NCBI GenBank assembly: GCA_030603365.1
Contig: JAUVXV010000007.1
Coordinates: 64,001-128,000, forward strand
Direction: 5' to 3'
Length of the DNA: 64,000 nt
Source: Candidatus Heimdallarchaeota archaeon
Lineage (GTDB): Archaea > Asgardarchaeota > Heimdallarchaeia > Heimdallarchaeales > Heimdallarchaeaceae
Shown here: piece after piece, positions 37,212-46,793 of the stretch
How positions within the stretch are numbered: position 1 is the stretch's first letter
Layout of the letters: each line of letters begins with the position of its first letter
Made by a program: the position numbers and the translations under genes
Notes under the pieces: model-generated
Database searches by the model: none
What the model was told of the DNA's origin: nothing
The model's input: only the letters and a program-made list of their open reading frames with translations

Positions 37212-38579
37212 ATGGTTTTAGAAAAAATTCGTTCTGAACTCTTAGAAGTTGCTGATTTAGCTTTGAAATATTCTAAAGATCTAGCTGTACCTACAGCTGA
37301 AGCTTTCATCATTAAGAACTCACTTACTGAAATCAAATATTCTAAAGGTAAAACTGAATGCAGAGATGGTATGGTTCAAGGTATCGGTATTAGAGTAGCA
37401 GTTGGAAAGCAAGTAGGTTTCGCAACATGTGCTGGTTTTGCTTCTGAATCACTTAAAACAACAATTGAAAACGCACACAAAATTGCTAAGAATAGTCCAG
37501 AAGATCCTAGATTCTCAGGATTTGTAGCAGAGAGTAAACCTGGTAAAGAAGGTAATCTTGACGTAAACATAGTAAATCTAGAAACGGCTTCTCTAATTGG
37601 ACAAATGGCTGAATTAATCAAAGAAAGCAATATAGACGATCAAAGGTTGGTAGGAGCTGATTTAGAAATAGGTACTGAATGGGGAGGTTATGCAGTAGCA
37701 ACCACAGAAGGTTGTTTAGTCTCGTCCATGCATACTACTCATTATGGAACTGCATACGCAGTTACTATGGGACAAGATGAAAGATCCACCGCTTTTGGGT
37801 TTAAAGCTGGTCTAACTCTTCAAGATTTATCTGGAATTGGAACTTCTGCAATCGAGAAAGCTCTCAAGCATCTTGGCTCAAGTCCATTAGGAGAAACTGT
37901 TAAAATACCTACAATATGGGAACCAATTTCAGCATCTATGCTCTTGAGTACAACTTTTACTGTTGGATTAAACGGTGGTACAGTAGTCGAAAAAAGAAAT
38001 CCTTTGATGAGCAAACTTAATGAACAAATTGCCAATAAAGATTTTCAACTCTACGATGATGGTACTAATCCAGAAAAACTATCTTGTGAAGCAGTAGATG
38101 CTGAAGGATCTACAGTGAGAAAAACAGAAATCATAAAAGATGGAGTTCTGAAGAATTTCCTCTTCGACAATTTCTATGGCCCAGTCTTTGGTGCAGGTAG
38201 TACAGGTAATGCTAGACGCAATCCTCCAACTGAATATGAGAGTCTCCCTACTATAGGTCCTAATAAATTGGTAATTCAACCAGGTACAAAGAATCTTGAT
38301 GAGATAATAGCGGGTTTTGATGATGCTATATACATTGAAGGTTTCCCAATGGGTATGGGGCATAGTAACATGATCACTGGTGATTTTTCAGTAACAGCTA
38401 CAAACGCATATCTTGTAAAGAATGGAGAGATTGTACATCCTCTTAAACCAGTTAGTATAGCAGGTAATTTCTTCAAGTCTCTTAATGATTTAGAACATGT
38501 TGGATCAGATACTATTGACTTGCCATTCCCACTAGAAAGTTCAACTTTAGCAATTAATAACCACACTATAAGTGGTTAA
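37212..38579 (+). CDS. tldE: TldE/PmbA subunit, copy 2
   Basis: GIGIRV, DAEG, STGNARR, TGDFS, SIAGN. Start ATG 37212. Confidence 0.88.
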   Translation: MVLEKIRSELLEVADLALKYSKDLAVPTAEAFIIKNSLTEIKYSKGKTECRDGMVQGIGIRVAVGKQVGFATCAGFASESLKTTIENAHKIAKNSPEDPRFSGFVAESKPGKEGNLDVNIVNLETASLIGQMAELIKESNIDDQRLVGADLEIGTEWGGYAVATTEGCLVSSMHTTHYGTAYAVTMGQDERSTAFGFKAGLTLQDLSGIGTSAIEKALKHLGSSPLGETVKIPTIWEPISASMLLSTTFTVGLNGGTVVEKRNPLMSKLNEQIANKDFQLYDDGTNPEKLSCEAVDAEGSTVRKTEIIKDGVLKNFLFDNFYGPVFGAGSTGNARRNPPTEYESLPTIGPNKLVIQPGTKNLDEIIAGFDDAIYIEGFPMGMGHSNMITGDFSVTATNAYLVKNGEIVHPLKPVSIAGNFFKSLNDLEHVGSDTIDLPFPLESSTLAINNHTISG

Positions 38580-38668
38580 ATTTATCTTTTTTTTTCTTTT
38601 GTTTTAAAGAGCAACTAAAGAAAAGATTAAAATTACATAGTAAAACCAACTATTAAGTTTGGTAGGGG

Positions 38669-39583
38669 TTGCCAATGAGTCTTCAAACAGATTTACACAG
38701 AGAAACAATAAGTTACCTTTGCAATAATTGTGGAAAGAAAAGAATTGCACTTATACCTCCGACAATGAAAATTAACGTTGATTCAAGGGGTTTATGTGAA
38801 TTTGTTGATGTTCATCTATGTAAAGAAACAGAATTATCTGCAAACATTCTCTTTATTGATTCTAATAGAGCAGTTAGATCACAAGTACCAGTTGCTAGTG
38901 AAAGTAAACCAGCTGAGGATTTTGAGTTTTCTATACCAATGCCTGAAAAGATTTCTCATGCTAAATATGAAATAAAACCAAATGAAAGCTTTAAAGCACG
39001 AATTATTAGAGAAATGGAAATAAAAGATGAATTTAGGAACATAATCTATATTATAAACACAGATAAACCAAGAGAAAAATTGGAAGTTGAAACATCTTCC
39101 GAATTAGGTTTTATAAAAATAAGTGCTAACATAACACGAAACACAAATGAAGAAAAGGCTCAAGCTTGGTTACAAAAATTAGCAGACTTAGTCGAGAAAA
39201 CAGCAAATCTTGATGAAGGAATATTTTCGATACTGATGTATTTCTTAGATGAGAAGATGAAAGAAAACATGAATGATACAAATGCAAAAGCTTTGGACTG
39301 TATATTGCAATCCACTGTATCTTTACCATTTTCGAAGGATAATGCTCTTAATGACTTCAACCAGCTTAGGAACACTGTTTTCAAAAAACTAACCGTTGTT
39401 GAGGTGATTTATTACACCAATCTACTAAAAATATGTACAAATAATGAGAGTAAGACCTTACTAGATGTTTACTCCAATTTAGAACAAAAGTTACCTTTGT
39501 TCCTGTTCTTGAATGCTGTACATGACTTAATATATCACAATTTAATGGAAATAGAAAAATTAGAGTTCATATCTATTGATTAA
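38669..39583 (+). CDS. Hypothetical protein with N-terminal Zn-binding motif
   Basis: CNNCG...GLCEFVDVHLC; helical C-terminus, possibly a winged helix. Confidence 0.65.
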   Translation: MPMSLQTDLHRETISYLCNNCGKKRIALIPPTMKINVDSRGLCEFVDVHLCKETELSANILFIDSNRAVRSQVPVASESKPAEDFEFSIPMPEKISHAKYEIKPNESFKARIIREMEIKDEFRNIIYIINTDKPREKLEVETSSELGFIKISANITRNTNEEKAQAWLQKLADLVEKTANLDEGIFSILMYFLDEKMKENMNDTNAKALDCILQSTVSLPFSKDNALNDFNQLRNTVFKKLTVVEVIYYTNLLKICTNNESKTLLDVYSNLEQKLPLFLFLNAVHDLIYHNLMEIEKLEFISID

Positions 39584-39592
39584 TATTAAACT

Positions 39593-40786
39593 CTAAGTCT
39601 TATGTGATTTTCTTAATAACTTTGCTAGATTTTCTTGACAATTGGGACAGCGAGTATTTTTGTATAACCATTTTTCAATATGTTCTGAATGAGCATAAAT
39701 TCCGCAGCAAGGTAGTTTCATAACCTTTTCCTTCTCTTGAGGTTTTAAATCCAATAAACAGACTATACAAGTGGGTCTAGGTGCATCACACTTATCACAA
39801 AACTCTTCAGCTTGGTCAAAAGCATCTCCACAATTGTAACACTTCAATTCTTCAATTCTATCAGCATATTCTTCCAATTTATAGGAGGAGTGGAATATGA
39901 GATTCGTTAAGTCTAAAATGTCCTTAAGATTAACAGTTGATTTAAGTAAAGCAAAGAGCTGATCATCCTCATAATACAACCGTTTTATATCATCTGTAAT
40001 ATTAACTAATAATGATTTAACTTTCTTATCTTCAAGAATTTTAAATGCAGCATCAGGAATGGAGGAATGCAGTGAAAATTTTCCTTCTAAAATTGTGATT
40101 TCTTTAGTAACATCTGTTGGTTTTCTAATGTCCATAGCTACTGAAAGCTTGTTTTTGAAGAAAGCTACAAATAGCAAATCTTTATCCCTTGTGAAATTTA
40201 TTCCTGCCCCTCTAATGTTAAAATAAGTACTTTTTCTATTATAATCAAATACCAAACCTGGACTATGTTGAAAAGTCTCTATTTTTAGAGGATCAGTATC
40301 TGAAATAATTTTATACAATGAATCATTCAATTCAGCTATTTTTTCTGGATTTCTCTCAGTTGATAGAATTTCATAATACCTAGTCATTTTATTTCTTACT
40401 CTAGAACCTGAGGTAATTGAAGATAGAACAGCAGTTGAGGTTCTAGTACGTGATGAATAAGGTTTTTCAGTTATTACTTCATGAATTCCTGGAACTTCAT
40501 AAGGTACAGAGCTGGCAACATTACGTGTTGATTTCACACTCACTGGGTAATTTTGAGTTAGATGCTTCTGACTCTGTTTCTTAATATAATCATCTATTTT
40601 CTTTCCTTCAGCTATTTCTTCTACCGTAACAGCCCTTCTGAAACCAAGTTTGTTATAATATTTGTCTCCCCCAAATTTTTTCCTTACAAAATCTCGAGAT
40701 GACAACCATAGAAGTAATACAAGAATTGCCCCTGTTATTAAAATATAAAGTATAATTTCTCCGACTGTAACCATATTCTCCCACAA
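39593..40786 (-). CDS. Membrane-anchored zinc ribbon + RING-variant protein (putative E3 ligase), paralogue 1
   Basis: N-terminal TM; C-terminal CYNC..CDKC..PRPTCIVC...CC.IYAH..H...W......CPNC. Confidence 0.8.
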   Translation of the reverse strand: MWENMVTVGEIILYILITGAILVLLLWLSSRDFVRKKFGGDKYYNKLGFRRAVTVEEIAEGKKIDDYIKKQSQKHLTQNYPVSVKSTRNVASSVPYEVPGIHEVITEKPYSSRTRTSTAVLSSITSGSRVRNKMTRYYEILSTERNPEKIAELNDSLYKIISDTDPLKIETFQHSPGLVFDYNRKSTYFNIRGAGINFTRDKDLLFVAFFKNKLSVAMDIRKPTDVTKEITILEGKFSLHSSIPDAAFKILEDKKVKSLLVNITDDIKRLYYEDDQLFALLKSTVNLKDILDLTNLIFHSSYKLEEYADRIEELKCYNCGDAFDQAEEFCDKCDAPRPTCIVCLLDLKPQEKEKVMKLPCCGIYAHSEHIEKWLYKNTRCPNCQENLAKLLRKSHKT

Positions 40787-40820
40787 TAAAGTAAGATTAA
40801 GATATAATAAAACTATCCAA

Positions 40821-41891
40821 TCAAAAATTGCTCATTTTTTTCTGTTTCAGTGTTCTAAGCCAAAGGAATAAATCTTGTTTGCAATTTGGGCACTTTGCAT
40901 TTGTTTCTAGCCAACTTATTAAGTGTTCACGATGTGCATAAATTTCACAACATGGTGTTTGTATCACTTTCTTTTTTTCAGATGGCTTTAAATCTAGTAA
41001 ACAAACAACACATCTTGGTCTTGGAGCACCGCATTTATCACATTTGTCCTCGTTGGTTTGGAAGATGTCTTCACATTGGTAGCAAGACAAGTGTTCTATT
41101 TCTGCTGTCCCAAAATCCTTCAACATTAATTCGTCATGTATAAGAGTGAACAGCTCGAACATTGGTTCAATCATCAAATAATTTGAAATTAGTCCTATTA
41201 TGAATTTACCATTAATAGAAAAATTTAGCAGAGAGTCCTTATGATCTATAATCAAATCATTAAATTCTTTCTTAGTGAAAATCTCATCATATGCAATTTG
41301 ATGGCTAGAATGGAAAATGAAATATTTACTAGATTTAATTTGATCTTCAGAAGAGGAAGGTTGTTGCTGTTTTAGTCTTCTTTTAATACTTAATGCAATA
41401 GGATAATCCACTCTTAATATTGCACTAAATTTCATTTCTTCTAGATTTAGAATTTCAATCCCGATGTTGTGTAAAAAGCTATATTTGTGATCTTTGTGAA
41501 AATCAAAAGCAATTCGAGGTAAAGAACCTTCTACTTCTTTCATATTAATTGAACCCAATTTATAGAGTAGAGGTTTTATTTGATTTTTTAACAGATGTTC
41601 TTCTTCAGAAATTAGATCGTTTTGTCGTAACGCTTGAATTTCTCTAATTTTTCGAGGTGACTTTCTTTCTCTTTTTCTTTTGATTGACCAGTAAGTGTAA
41701 ATCACTATAACGGTTAAAATAAACAAACCAAAGATATATGCAAGAAACACAACTAAGTCAAATTCTCGCGTAGGACCCATTAAAGAGGCATTATACAGAC
41801 CAAAACCTATTCCAACTAGCACTAAAATAATTAATGTATCCCTAGCTAGTTTCTTCCACATACTTGTCAGAATATTAAGTAATCTGGTCAC
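40821..41891 (-). CDS. Membrane-anchored zinc ribbon + RING-variant protein (putative E3 ligase), paralogue 2
   Basis: Two N-terminal TMs; CYQC..CDKC..PRPRCVVC...CCEIYAHREH...W......CPNC. Confidence 0.8.
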   Translation of the reverse strand: MTRLLNILTSMWKKLARDTLIILVLVGIGFGLYNASLMGPTREFDLVVFLAYIFGLFILTVIVIYTYWSIKRKRERKSPRKIREIQALRQNDLISEEEHLLKNQIKPLLYKLGSINMKEVEGSLPRIAFDFHKDHKYSFLHNIGIEILNLEEMKFSAILRVDYPIALSIKRRLKQQQPSSSEDQIKSSKYFIFHSSHQIAYDEIFTKKEFNDLIIDHKDSLLNFSINGKFIIGLISNYLMIEPMFELFTLIHDELMLKDFGTAEIEHLSCYQCEDIFQTNEDKCDKCGAPRPRCVVCLLDLKPSEKKKVIQTPCCEIYAHREHLISWLETNAKCPNCKQDLFLWLRTLKQKKMSNF

Positions 41892-41949
41892 ATAAATACA
41901 TTTCTTAATCTTAGCAACTAGAAGAAATTTAATGAGAGGAATGTTCTTC

Positions 41950-42753
41950 TCATGAACAATATTTTTCTAGTTCAAAAGCACCTTCCATTAATTCTCCTAG
42001 TCTTCTCATGAATCTTACTGCAGGAGCACCATCTGTGATAATGTGGTCTATTCTTATAGATAAATTCAAGATTTCTCTATTTAATAATTTACCATCAATT
42101 AATCTTGGTTTGAATGAAATCCCACCAGTCACAATGTTTACAGGATGATGACCAAGATTTACACCCCAACCACTCATTCCTTTTCCAAACATACCTACAG
42201 TAGTAACTTGCACTGAACTATTGAGTTTCTTATGGAGTTTGGGGTTATTCATCACTCTGTTCCAGAAGAAAATTGTCCTGAAGATTTTTGGAATTTTTAG
42301 AAGAAGTTTTAACTGTTTGGTGGAAATATCACTAGAAATATCCTCCTTTGATTTAGGTCTCTGTACTTCTCGTATCTCGTTGTGAATTTGCATGACATCT
42401 TTCTCATGAGCTTTTCTAATATTATAGAGAGTTGGAAAAGGTTTACCATCTATTGTTTTTTCTATTGCAATCGAAACATCTACATCATCGAAGATATACA
42501 ACTTCTTTCTTTTTTTGAAAGCGTGAACTTGTGGATTGTCAGCAACAGCAACACTTACGCATCTAACAACCCAGGCAGTGAATGAAAGGGATTTACCATG
42601 TTTTTCTTTGTAACTTCTGAAAAACTCTCTAGCTTTTGTTATATCTAATTCTACAAGACCTTGCATGAAAAGCATGTGACGAGACATAGCAGTAACTTCA
42701 GCTTGAAGTTGTCTCTTGAAAGGAATTACTTTGTATTTTCCAATCTTATCCAT
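41950..42753 (-). CDS. 2-oxoacid dehydrogenase E2-type acyltransferase, catalytic domain only
   Basis: LSFTAWVV, VTTVGMFG, DHIITDGAPA catalytic motif; no lipoyl domain. Confidence 0.88.
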   Translation of the reverse strand: MDKIGKYKVIPFKRQLQAEVTAMSRHMLFMQGLVELDITKAREFFRSYKEKHGKSLSFTAWVVRCVSVAVADNPQVHAFKKRKKLYIFDDVDVSIAIEKTIDGKPFPTLYNIRKAHEKDVMQIHNEIREVQRPKSKEDISSDISTKQLKLLLKIPKIFRTIFFWNRVMNNPKLHKKLNSSVQVTTVGMFGKGMSGWGVNLGHHPVNIVTGGISFKPRLIDGKLLNREILNLSIRIDHIITDGAPAVRFMRRLGELMEGAFELEKYCS

Positions 42754-42831
42754 TATTACTCATGGAAAAACCAATTTAGGTTCTTTATTAATTTTATCTA
42801 TTATACAAAATAAAGACATAAATGGAAGAAT

Positions 42832-43167
42832 TTACCATTCTTCATCTGGTCTTCGTTCTGGAATCATTTCTAAAGGTGTTGTAAAATCGTACTTGGGGTC
42901 ATAAAATAATGCACAATAACATCGTCCATATTCTTCGATATCAGCTTGGGCATAATCACATGGACAGATTATATCCCTATCCATGGTTCTGTCTTCATTA
43001 GAATCACGGCAAGGGCAGTTAAAATAACCTATTCTATTGAAATAATCTTTCAAACCATCAACAAGTATCTCATAAGTTTCATCTCTACTTGGATCAAGAA
43101 TCCATTCCCTTTTATTTGCTACTTGTTTAGCGTATTTTTCAACATCTTTGTAAGTTTTTTCTGCCAT
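42832..43167 (-). CDS. Ferredoxin:thioredoxin reductase catalytic subunit family
   Basis: CPCR...CPC...CYCALF. Confidence 0.9.
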   Translation of the reverse strand: MAEKTYKDVEKYAKQVANKREWILDPSRDETYEILVDGLKDYFNRIGYFNCPCRDSNEDRTMDRDIICPCDYAQADIEEYGRCYCALFYDPKYDFTTPLEMIPERRPDEEW

Positions 43168-43176
43168 ATTATCAAC

Positions 43177-43491
43177 CTATTCTAACAATATTTCTTTCCA
43201 ATTATCGATGTTAAAACCAGCGTAAAATTTGTTATCATCAACTATTAAAAAAGGATATCTGACCATTGTATTGAAGGACTTACTAACTTCTCTTTTGAAT
43301 TCTCTTTTTTCGTCAATAGGTAATTTATCTACATCTACAAAGCGATAATGGTAATCATTGTCTTTTAACCATTGCTTTCCTTTCTTGCACCAATGGCATG
43401 TGCTTAGAGCTAACATAAAAATGGAGTTGGTTTTCTTAGTACCATCAACTTCAACAATCTCTCCAGGTATTTTAATATCTTCGAAACTCAT
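43177..43491 (-). CDS. Glutaredoxin-like protein
   Basis: LSTCHWCKK, YP cis-Pro, GF. Start ATG 43491; upstream of the FTR gene. Confidence 0.88.
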   Translation of the reverse strand: MSFEDIKIPGEIVEVDGTKKTNSIFMLALSTCHWCKKGKQWLKDNDYHYRFVDVDKLPIDEKREFKREVSKSFNTMVRYPFLIVDDNKFYAGFNIDNWKEILLE

Positions 43492-43609
43492 TATGTAATC
43501 GAGATACAGATAGAGAATTGAAATATAAAGTTGTTTTTCATACAACATTTCTAAAGATTAATTTTGGATAGATGTGATGGTTTTTATTCAAAAAAACATA
43601 TCTTAAATC

Positions 43610-44239
43610 ATGCAAATTACTAACTCTAAAGTAGAGAAGTACATGGAAACTCTCTTGGAAAATCGTTCTGAAATTTACAAAGAAATTGAGGAATATGCCC
43701 GTAATGTAGGTTTTCCTATTATCGAACCACTAGTTGGAGTTCTATTAAATCAATATGCTAGAATGATTAAAGCTAAACGGATTCTGGAATTAGGTTCAGG
43801 TTTTGGATATTCAGCTTTATGGTTCTCAGAAGGGATGGATGAAGAAACAGAAATAATCTGTACGGATTTTAAAGAAGAAAATAAAGAGCTTGCTAAAAAG
43901 TATTTCAAGAAAGCTGGAATTAGTACTAAGATTGATTTCAAGTTAGGAGATGCTATGCAAATATTAGAAGAAATTGAAGGGAAGTTTGATATCATCTTTA
44001 ATGATGTTGAGAAGGAAGATTATCCAGAAGTATTCAAAAAAGCTATTCCAAAACTCAAAGAGGGTGGGTTACTAATATCTGACAATACCTTGTGGTATGG
44101 GAAAGTAGCAGATGAGAATCAGAAGGATTATCAAACTGAAGGATCAAGAGAATATAACAGATTAGCTTTTACTGATACTAGGGTTTTATCAGTTATTTTG
44201 CCTTTGAGAGACGGAATAACAGTATCAATGAAGAAGTAA
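43610..44239 (+). CDS. Class I SAM-dependent O-methyltransferase
   Basis: ILELGSGFGYSALW, FDIIFND, GGLLISDN.LW.G, P.RDG. Confidence 0.9.
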   Translation: MQITNSKVEKYMETLLENRSEIYKEIEEYARNVGFPIIEPLVGVLLNQYARMIKAKRILELGSGFGYSALWFSEGMDEETEIICTDFKEENKELAKKYFKKAGISTKIDFKLGDAMQILEEIEGKFDIIFNDVEKEDYPEVFKKAIPKLKEGGLLISDNTLWYGKVADENQKDYQTEGSREYNRLAFTDTRVLSVILPLRDGITVSMKK

Positions 44240-44401
44240 ATACTAAATAATTCTGCAAAAAGTAATCTCAAATGAATAGGAAATTGATTCTTTCTAGTTG
44301 TTTTAATTTGAATAATACTGATAGGATTTTTTCCATCCTTAAATCCATAAACCTTTAAATAAATAGGAAACTAACCAATTTGAACAAATAGAGAGATACT
44401 T

Positions 44402-46081
44402 ATGTCAAGTGAGAAAAATATTTTTTGTTCCGAATGTGGTTCTGGAAATCCTGATACAGCTAAATTTTGTAGAGAATGTGGATTCAACCTTGAAAAAAGA
44501 AAAGCTCTTCCGTTGAAATCTTCACTCCTTGTTCAGAACTCTGAAGAAGAAACTGGAGAGGGCAGTGATGTTTTTATTAGTTATGAGTGTTTAAGTTGTA
44601 ATGCTTTAAATCCGTCAACAAATGAATATTGTTTTCACTGTGGAATATACGGATTTTACGAACAACTCTTGTGTTCAAAATGTCGTGATATTGTAAAAGA
44701 AGAAGAAACTACATGCGATAGCTGCAATTTACAATTCAGTAAGAGGGATACATCAGAATTAGGAATACTAGAGTTTGATAGGGAAGAAAAAGATAGATTC
44801 ATGGTTGAAATAATAAATGCCATTCAAAGAAGTGGATACAGCTTGGATTCATCTTTTTATGAAGGAAGAATGAGAAATTCTTTGAATCACTATACAACAA
44901 TCAAACTACTAATGTCACCAGAATGTCCTCAAAAATTATTAGACAAATATACCACACTTCCCACCAAAAAACAAGCGTCACTTAAAGCAGATTCTGCTGC
45001 TGTAGAGAAACTACAAAAAATTTCTGAATTGTATACCAAAACTTTAGCTCTAGCCCCTCTGGCCTTGAAATACTGGGAAAATAGTGTGAGTTTAGTTGCT
45101 TACTTTTGGTATTTCCTGAATGATGAGAAATCTCCAAGTAAAGAACAGGAAATGGTTTCATCAAATCTCATACAGTATTTGAAAAATTCCGATAAGTTAG
45201 TTGAATATTTGTTTGCTATAGCTTCAACAGATAAACAGACTTACATTGTAGCTCAGGAGAAACGACTCAATGATCATCTTTTGTTGAATCTTTTACCAAA
45301 ATACCAAAAGGAAGGAATGCCTTTGGCAATTGTAATAAATAGTTTGGGAACAATAGGTAACACTATTGATTCAGATTTCGGGTCTAAGGAAAAAAATAAA
45401 CTCGATGACTACTATAAATCAAAATCTCTAAAGTATTTTGAAGCAGCAGTTATACTTACGGCATGCACTACAAATTTTATGTGGAAGAATAAAATGGTAA
45501 AATTAATACCATTAGTAATGAATAATCAAATAAATCAGACACAAGAAAAAGGTGAGAAAATATCTGTTCGAACTCGTATGCAAATAAACGAGAAATTACT
45601 TAAAGCGGCTATAGATTCAACTAAAAAATCTCCTAAAATTTTGGATGAGGATTCAATTAAAACTATATTGTATTGTATAGGATTTCTGTATGCAAAAAGT
45701 AATTATCAAGAAATTAAGAAGGAAGGACAAAAAGTTTTGAAACTAATTGATGAATTATTTGAGGAAACTATTTCAAAAAGGATTAAAATCTTTATAGGAG
45801 ACTTCAATGCAATCTCAATAGGTTTAGCTTATATTTATGATAATAAAGTATCATTATATACAGATAGAATTTTAGTACTCGCAAAAACGCTAAAAGATTC
45901 AGAAGATAGAAACAATCTAATTTATAATGCAACGGAAGGCTTAGGATTTTTCTTCAGACAAACCAGACAAATTTGGTCACAAGAAGCTGCAGTCATACTG
46001 ATAAAGAAATTAGATAAAGAATTTGTTGCTAAAATTGCTGAAGAAGAAAGGAAGGATCAACGCGAAAAAATGAATAGGTAG
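44402..46081 (+). CDS. Multi zinc-ribbon protein with helical C-terminal region
   Basis: Six CxxC motifs in the first ~110 aa (FCSECG..N...AKFCRECG etc.). Confidence 0.75.
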   Translation: MSSEKNIFCSECGSGNPDTAKFCRECGFNLEKRKALPLKSSLLVQNSEEETGEGSDVFISYECLSCNALNPSTNEYCFHCGIYGFYEQLLCSKCRDIVKEEETTCDSCNLQFSKRDTSELGILEFDREEKDRFMVEIINAIQRSGYSLDSSFYEGRMRNSLNHYTTIKLLMSPECPQKLLDKYTTLPTKKQASLKADSAAVEKLQKISELYTKTLALAPLALKYWENSVSLVAYFWYFLNDEKSPSKEQEMVSSNLIQYLKNSDKLVEYLFAIASTDKQTYIVAQEKRLNDHLLLNLLPKYQKEGMPLAIVINSLGTIGNTIDSDFGSKEKNKLDDYYKSKSLKYFEAAVILTACTTNFMWKNKMVKLIPLVMNNQINQTQEKGEKISVRTRMQINEKLLKAAIDSTKKSPKILDEDSIKTILYCIGFLYAKSNYQEIKKEGQKVLKLIDELFEETISKRIKIFIGDFNAISIGLAYIYDNKVSLYTDRILVLAKTLKDSEDRNNLIYNATEGLGFFFRQTRQIWSQEAAVILIKKLDKEFVAKIAEEERKDQREKMNR

Positions 46082-46111
46082 AGTAACCTCTGATCAAGCT
46101 ATAAATTAGAA

Positions 46112-46729
46112 TTATATTGTAAGCAATGTTTTCTGTAGTTTCTTTATCACTACTTTCTTTTTCTTTTCGAGAAATTTTCCTGGAATTTCTGTCTTAGTTA
46201 CTTTCGAATATTTCTTAAGCAATACAATGTTTTGCAGCAGAGATAAATCTTCATCCGCTCTTTGATAAAGTTCTCCTAGAGCTTCTTTGAACAACTTCTG
46301 ATCAACTCCATTTTCCAAGTCTTCTTTTAGCATTTTATGAACAAATTCTGTAGATCTTTTTTGAAAATAAGCAATAATAACACTTAGGGTTATCATTAAT
46401 TTGAATTTTCTATCGCTTTTTTGATCATCTTCTAGGTTAGAAAGTTTATTTTCATAATTATCATAAATTTCTTTTGTTCTTATGTTAAATTTTGTTGCTA
46501 GTTGTTTGATGAATTGCTCATCATTCCCCTCATCGAAAGGAGTTATGTTCTGTCTAACTATATCAATTAATTCTTCTATAACTTCTCCACTACCCTTTAT
46601 TTTAATTTTCTTTACAGCTCTTCTATCAATGATAAAGTTGGGTTTTTCAAAGAATTGTTGAGAAAAGAGATAAGTGACAACTTCAAGGTATTCCCAGTTG
46701 TGATTTCTCCCAACTTCACTCCTTGCCAT
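46112..46729 (-). CDS. Hypothetical helical protein
   Basis: 205-aa ATG ORF with no recognisable motif. Confidence 0.65.
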   Translation of the reverse strand: MARSEVGRNHNWEYLEVVTYLFSQQFFEKPNFIIDRRAVKKIKIKGSGEVIEELIDIVRQNITPFDEGNDEQFIKQLATKFNIRTKEIYDNYENKLSNLEDDQKSDRKFKLMITLSVIIAYFQKRSTEFVHKMLKEDLENGVDQKLFKEALGELYQRADEDLSLLQNIVLLKKYSKVTKTEIPGKFLEKKKKVVIKKLQKTLLTI

Positions 46730-46793
46730 ACTAACCCATAGTATTGAGATGCATTGTATTTAAAAACTTTAGCCTTCACTTTTGAGATGAAAT

